Of a DNA stretch of 64,000 nt, positions 62,206 through 64,000 are shown piece after piece. Both the position numbers and the translations under genes were made by a program. The stretch comes from Guillardia theta CCMP2712. Taxonomy: Eukaryota > Protista > Cryptophyta. The notes beneath the pieces are model-generated. The model saw only the letters and a list, made by a program, of their open reading frames with translations, searched no databases and was not told the DNA's origin. The stretch covers positions 252,273 to 316,272 of the forward strand of contig NW_005434654.1 in assembly GCF_000315625.1 (NCBI RefSeq), given 5' to 3'. Numbering within the stretch: position 1 is the stretch's first letter; each line of letters opens with the position of its first letter.

Positions 62206-63965
62206 TCACTTGAACCCCTTGGCTGGGCTAGAGCTTCCCCCGCTTTTCTTCTTAGCTGCTCTCCTTGATGCACGATTGCTGCAGACAAGATCATATTGAG
62301 CTGGAAACGATTTGAAGCCTCACCCTTCAGCCGCTGAAAAATCGGAGAACGACTGACTCGCGACCGGTTTAGGCTTTGCCTGCGGATCCTCAGTTTGAAC
62401 TTCCGGGATAAAAATGGGGAGGGATACCTCAAAGAGCGAAGGTTTCAATGCTCGGAGATCTCTCTCCACAATCTCAGGCTCGTCCAGCGCAGAGAAGATG
62501 TACTTGATGGCATCCACCTGCTCGAGCCAATCACGTATGGAAGGATCGACTGGGTCAAAGAGTACCTCAACGGGCTTGAGCTCGGGGTGCCAGACTCTCA
62601 ACATCAGGATGTATCTCATCCTGCAATCATGGCTCATGACATAGCTACTCGAAACAGCCCAATGCACCGATCAGCAGAGTTTTCGGCTTCATGATACAAG
62701 GAAGTGTCAAATACGAGCACTTCCCCATTCTTCCATTCCCTGACATGAAGTCAAGATCTTGGTGGCAAGAAAAAAATGAGTTTTGCCTCCGATCCTTCCC
62801 CACAGCAATCCAGCATTGACCTTCAGGAACATCCAAGGCGAGATGACTGAAATGGTACAAAAAGACATCTCAGTCGCGCCCAGGCAGCAAGCAAATGCTG
62901 ACTAATCACCTTGTCAGCGCGAAATTGCAGTAATCGGAGTGTGGATTGATTTTGCTACGCATGAAGTTAGATTGTCATGCCAAGCAACCCCATAACTTGC
63001 CTCTTGGGAGTCATTCTTGCAAAGAAAGCCTCAATGCAAGGAATCTTGCGGGCCGTGTTAGTATGATCGGTGCACAAACTTTCTGAATGCACCTCAAGGT
63101 CCTTCAGGATCTTGGTGGTCTTAGGGAACAGATGCACATTGATAGGATCCTGCTCAAGAAACAAAATATCAGATGTCTCCTTGCAAAATGCTCCAGCTGA
63201 CTCACCCACACGCAACGATCCATGAGCGCCAACGTCTTCCAATCAGGACCATAGCTCTGAGCTTTTGGGGGGGGTTACGAACAGTTCAGTGTGATGAAGA
63301 AGGAGACAACCAGAAGTGGAGTTTGCAGCAGTAACCCACACATTGTTTCCTTTGGTCTCTAATTCATCCTTCGACTCGATGGCTACTTTCTGGCAAGTGC
63401 TTCTTGTCACATTTCGCAGAAGCCGCTACGACCTCACCTGGAACTCCTCTTGTATGATACTTGCACAATCTCTCAGGTTCTTGGCCCACTCGAACTCGTA
63501 CGGATCGTAGAAAGTCTTTATCCCCAACCCCTCTATGTATGAGTTGCACTCCTGGTACGTGTCGACCTCCTCCACAAACTCCTTGTGCAGGAACTCTTCA
63601 TCCATCCGCCTCCACGACTTGATCACCCTTGACATCGACTTCGGGTTGAACTTGAGCTTGAGAACTTCCTCTACTGCATCCGCAAACTGGATTTGACTTT
63701 GAAGCTGGATGATAGAGGGAACGGTGAACCTCCTAGCCGCTCGCAAACGAGGAGTGGCGACTGAGAACCCTCTACTTTGTGCTGCATGACAGGATTCGGT
63801 CGTTTTACCCGCCGTCACGAAGCTTCTGCTGAGACCAGGGACGAAAGCGGTTCTTCTGCTGGTAGAGCCGACCATACATGTTCCTTCTCTCTCTCCTACA
63901 ACTTCTCCCATCATCGCCGCCACTCCCATTACCGCCAGCACCGCTGCGCTGCCCATGGCCACCAT
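62206..63965 (-). CDS. Plastid-targeted aspartyl/asparaginyl beta-hydroxylase-like 2OG-Fe(II) dioxygenase
   Basis: Signal peptide + AFVP. FPKTTKIL, AFFARM, IHPHSD (HxD), HLALDVP..CWIAVG, WENGKVLVFDTSLYHEAEN, RYILMLRVWHPEL. Confidence 0.88.
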
Positions 63966-64000
63966 TTGCGATCCACCCCTACCTCCCTCTGTCTATCACC

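Overview
Gene-dense eukaryotic nuclear DNA with many short (mostly ~40-60 bp) GT-AG introns. Several genes have bipartite signal-plus-transit leaders (AF/AY after the signal peptide). Together with a flagellar gene, this suggests an alga with a red secondary plastid, most likely a cryptophyte (Guillardia/Hanusia-like); this assignment is inference. About 25 protein-coding genes can be assembled by hand from ORF fragments. Confident calls: CFAP44, SMC6, proteasome beta-7 (PSMB4), a PEMT-family methyltransferase, a STE11-like kinase, a DCAF8-like WD40 protein, a plastid S1-domain protein, an AspH-like dioxygenase, two LRR proteins, DUF1499 and DUF2779. The most interesting items are: (1) a signal-peptide + LRLRGG + LOTUS + NUPL2/GLEBS-like + GLFG protein, a candidate nucleomorph-targeted nucleoporin; (2) ubiquitin-tail-like LRGG motifs at leader/mature junctions; (3) an intron-rich bacterial-type Cas4-like/DUF2779 dual nuclease; (4) a bacterial-type membrane-anchored alpha/beta hydrolase; (5) recurrent intergenic GC islands built of fold-back palindromes, plus strand-oriented ACCC tracts upstream of genes. 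No rRNA, tRNA, CRISPR array or intact transposon was recognised. Gene boundaries are manual and approximate, and domain calls come from motif recognition, not database searches.
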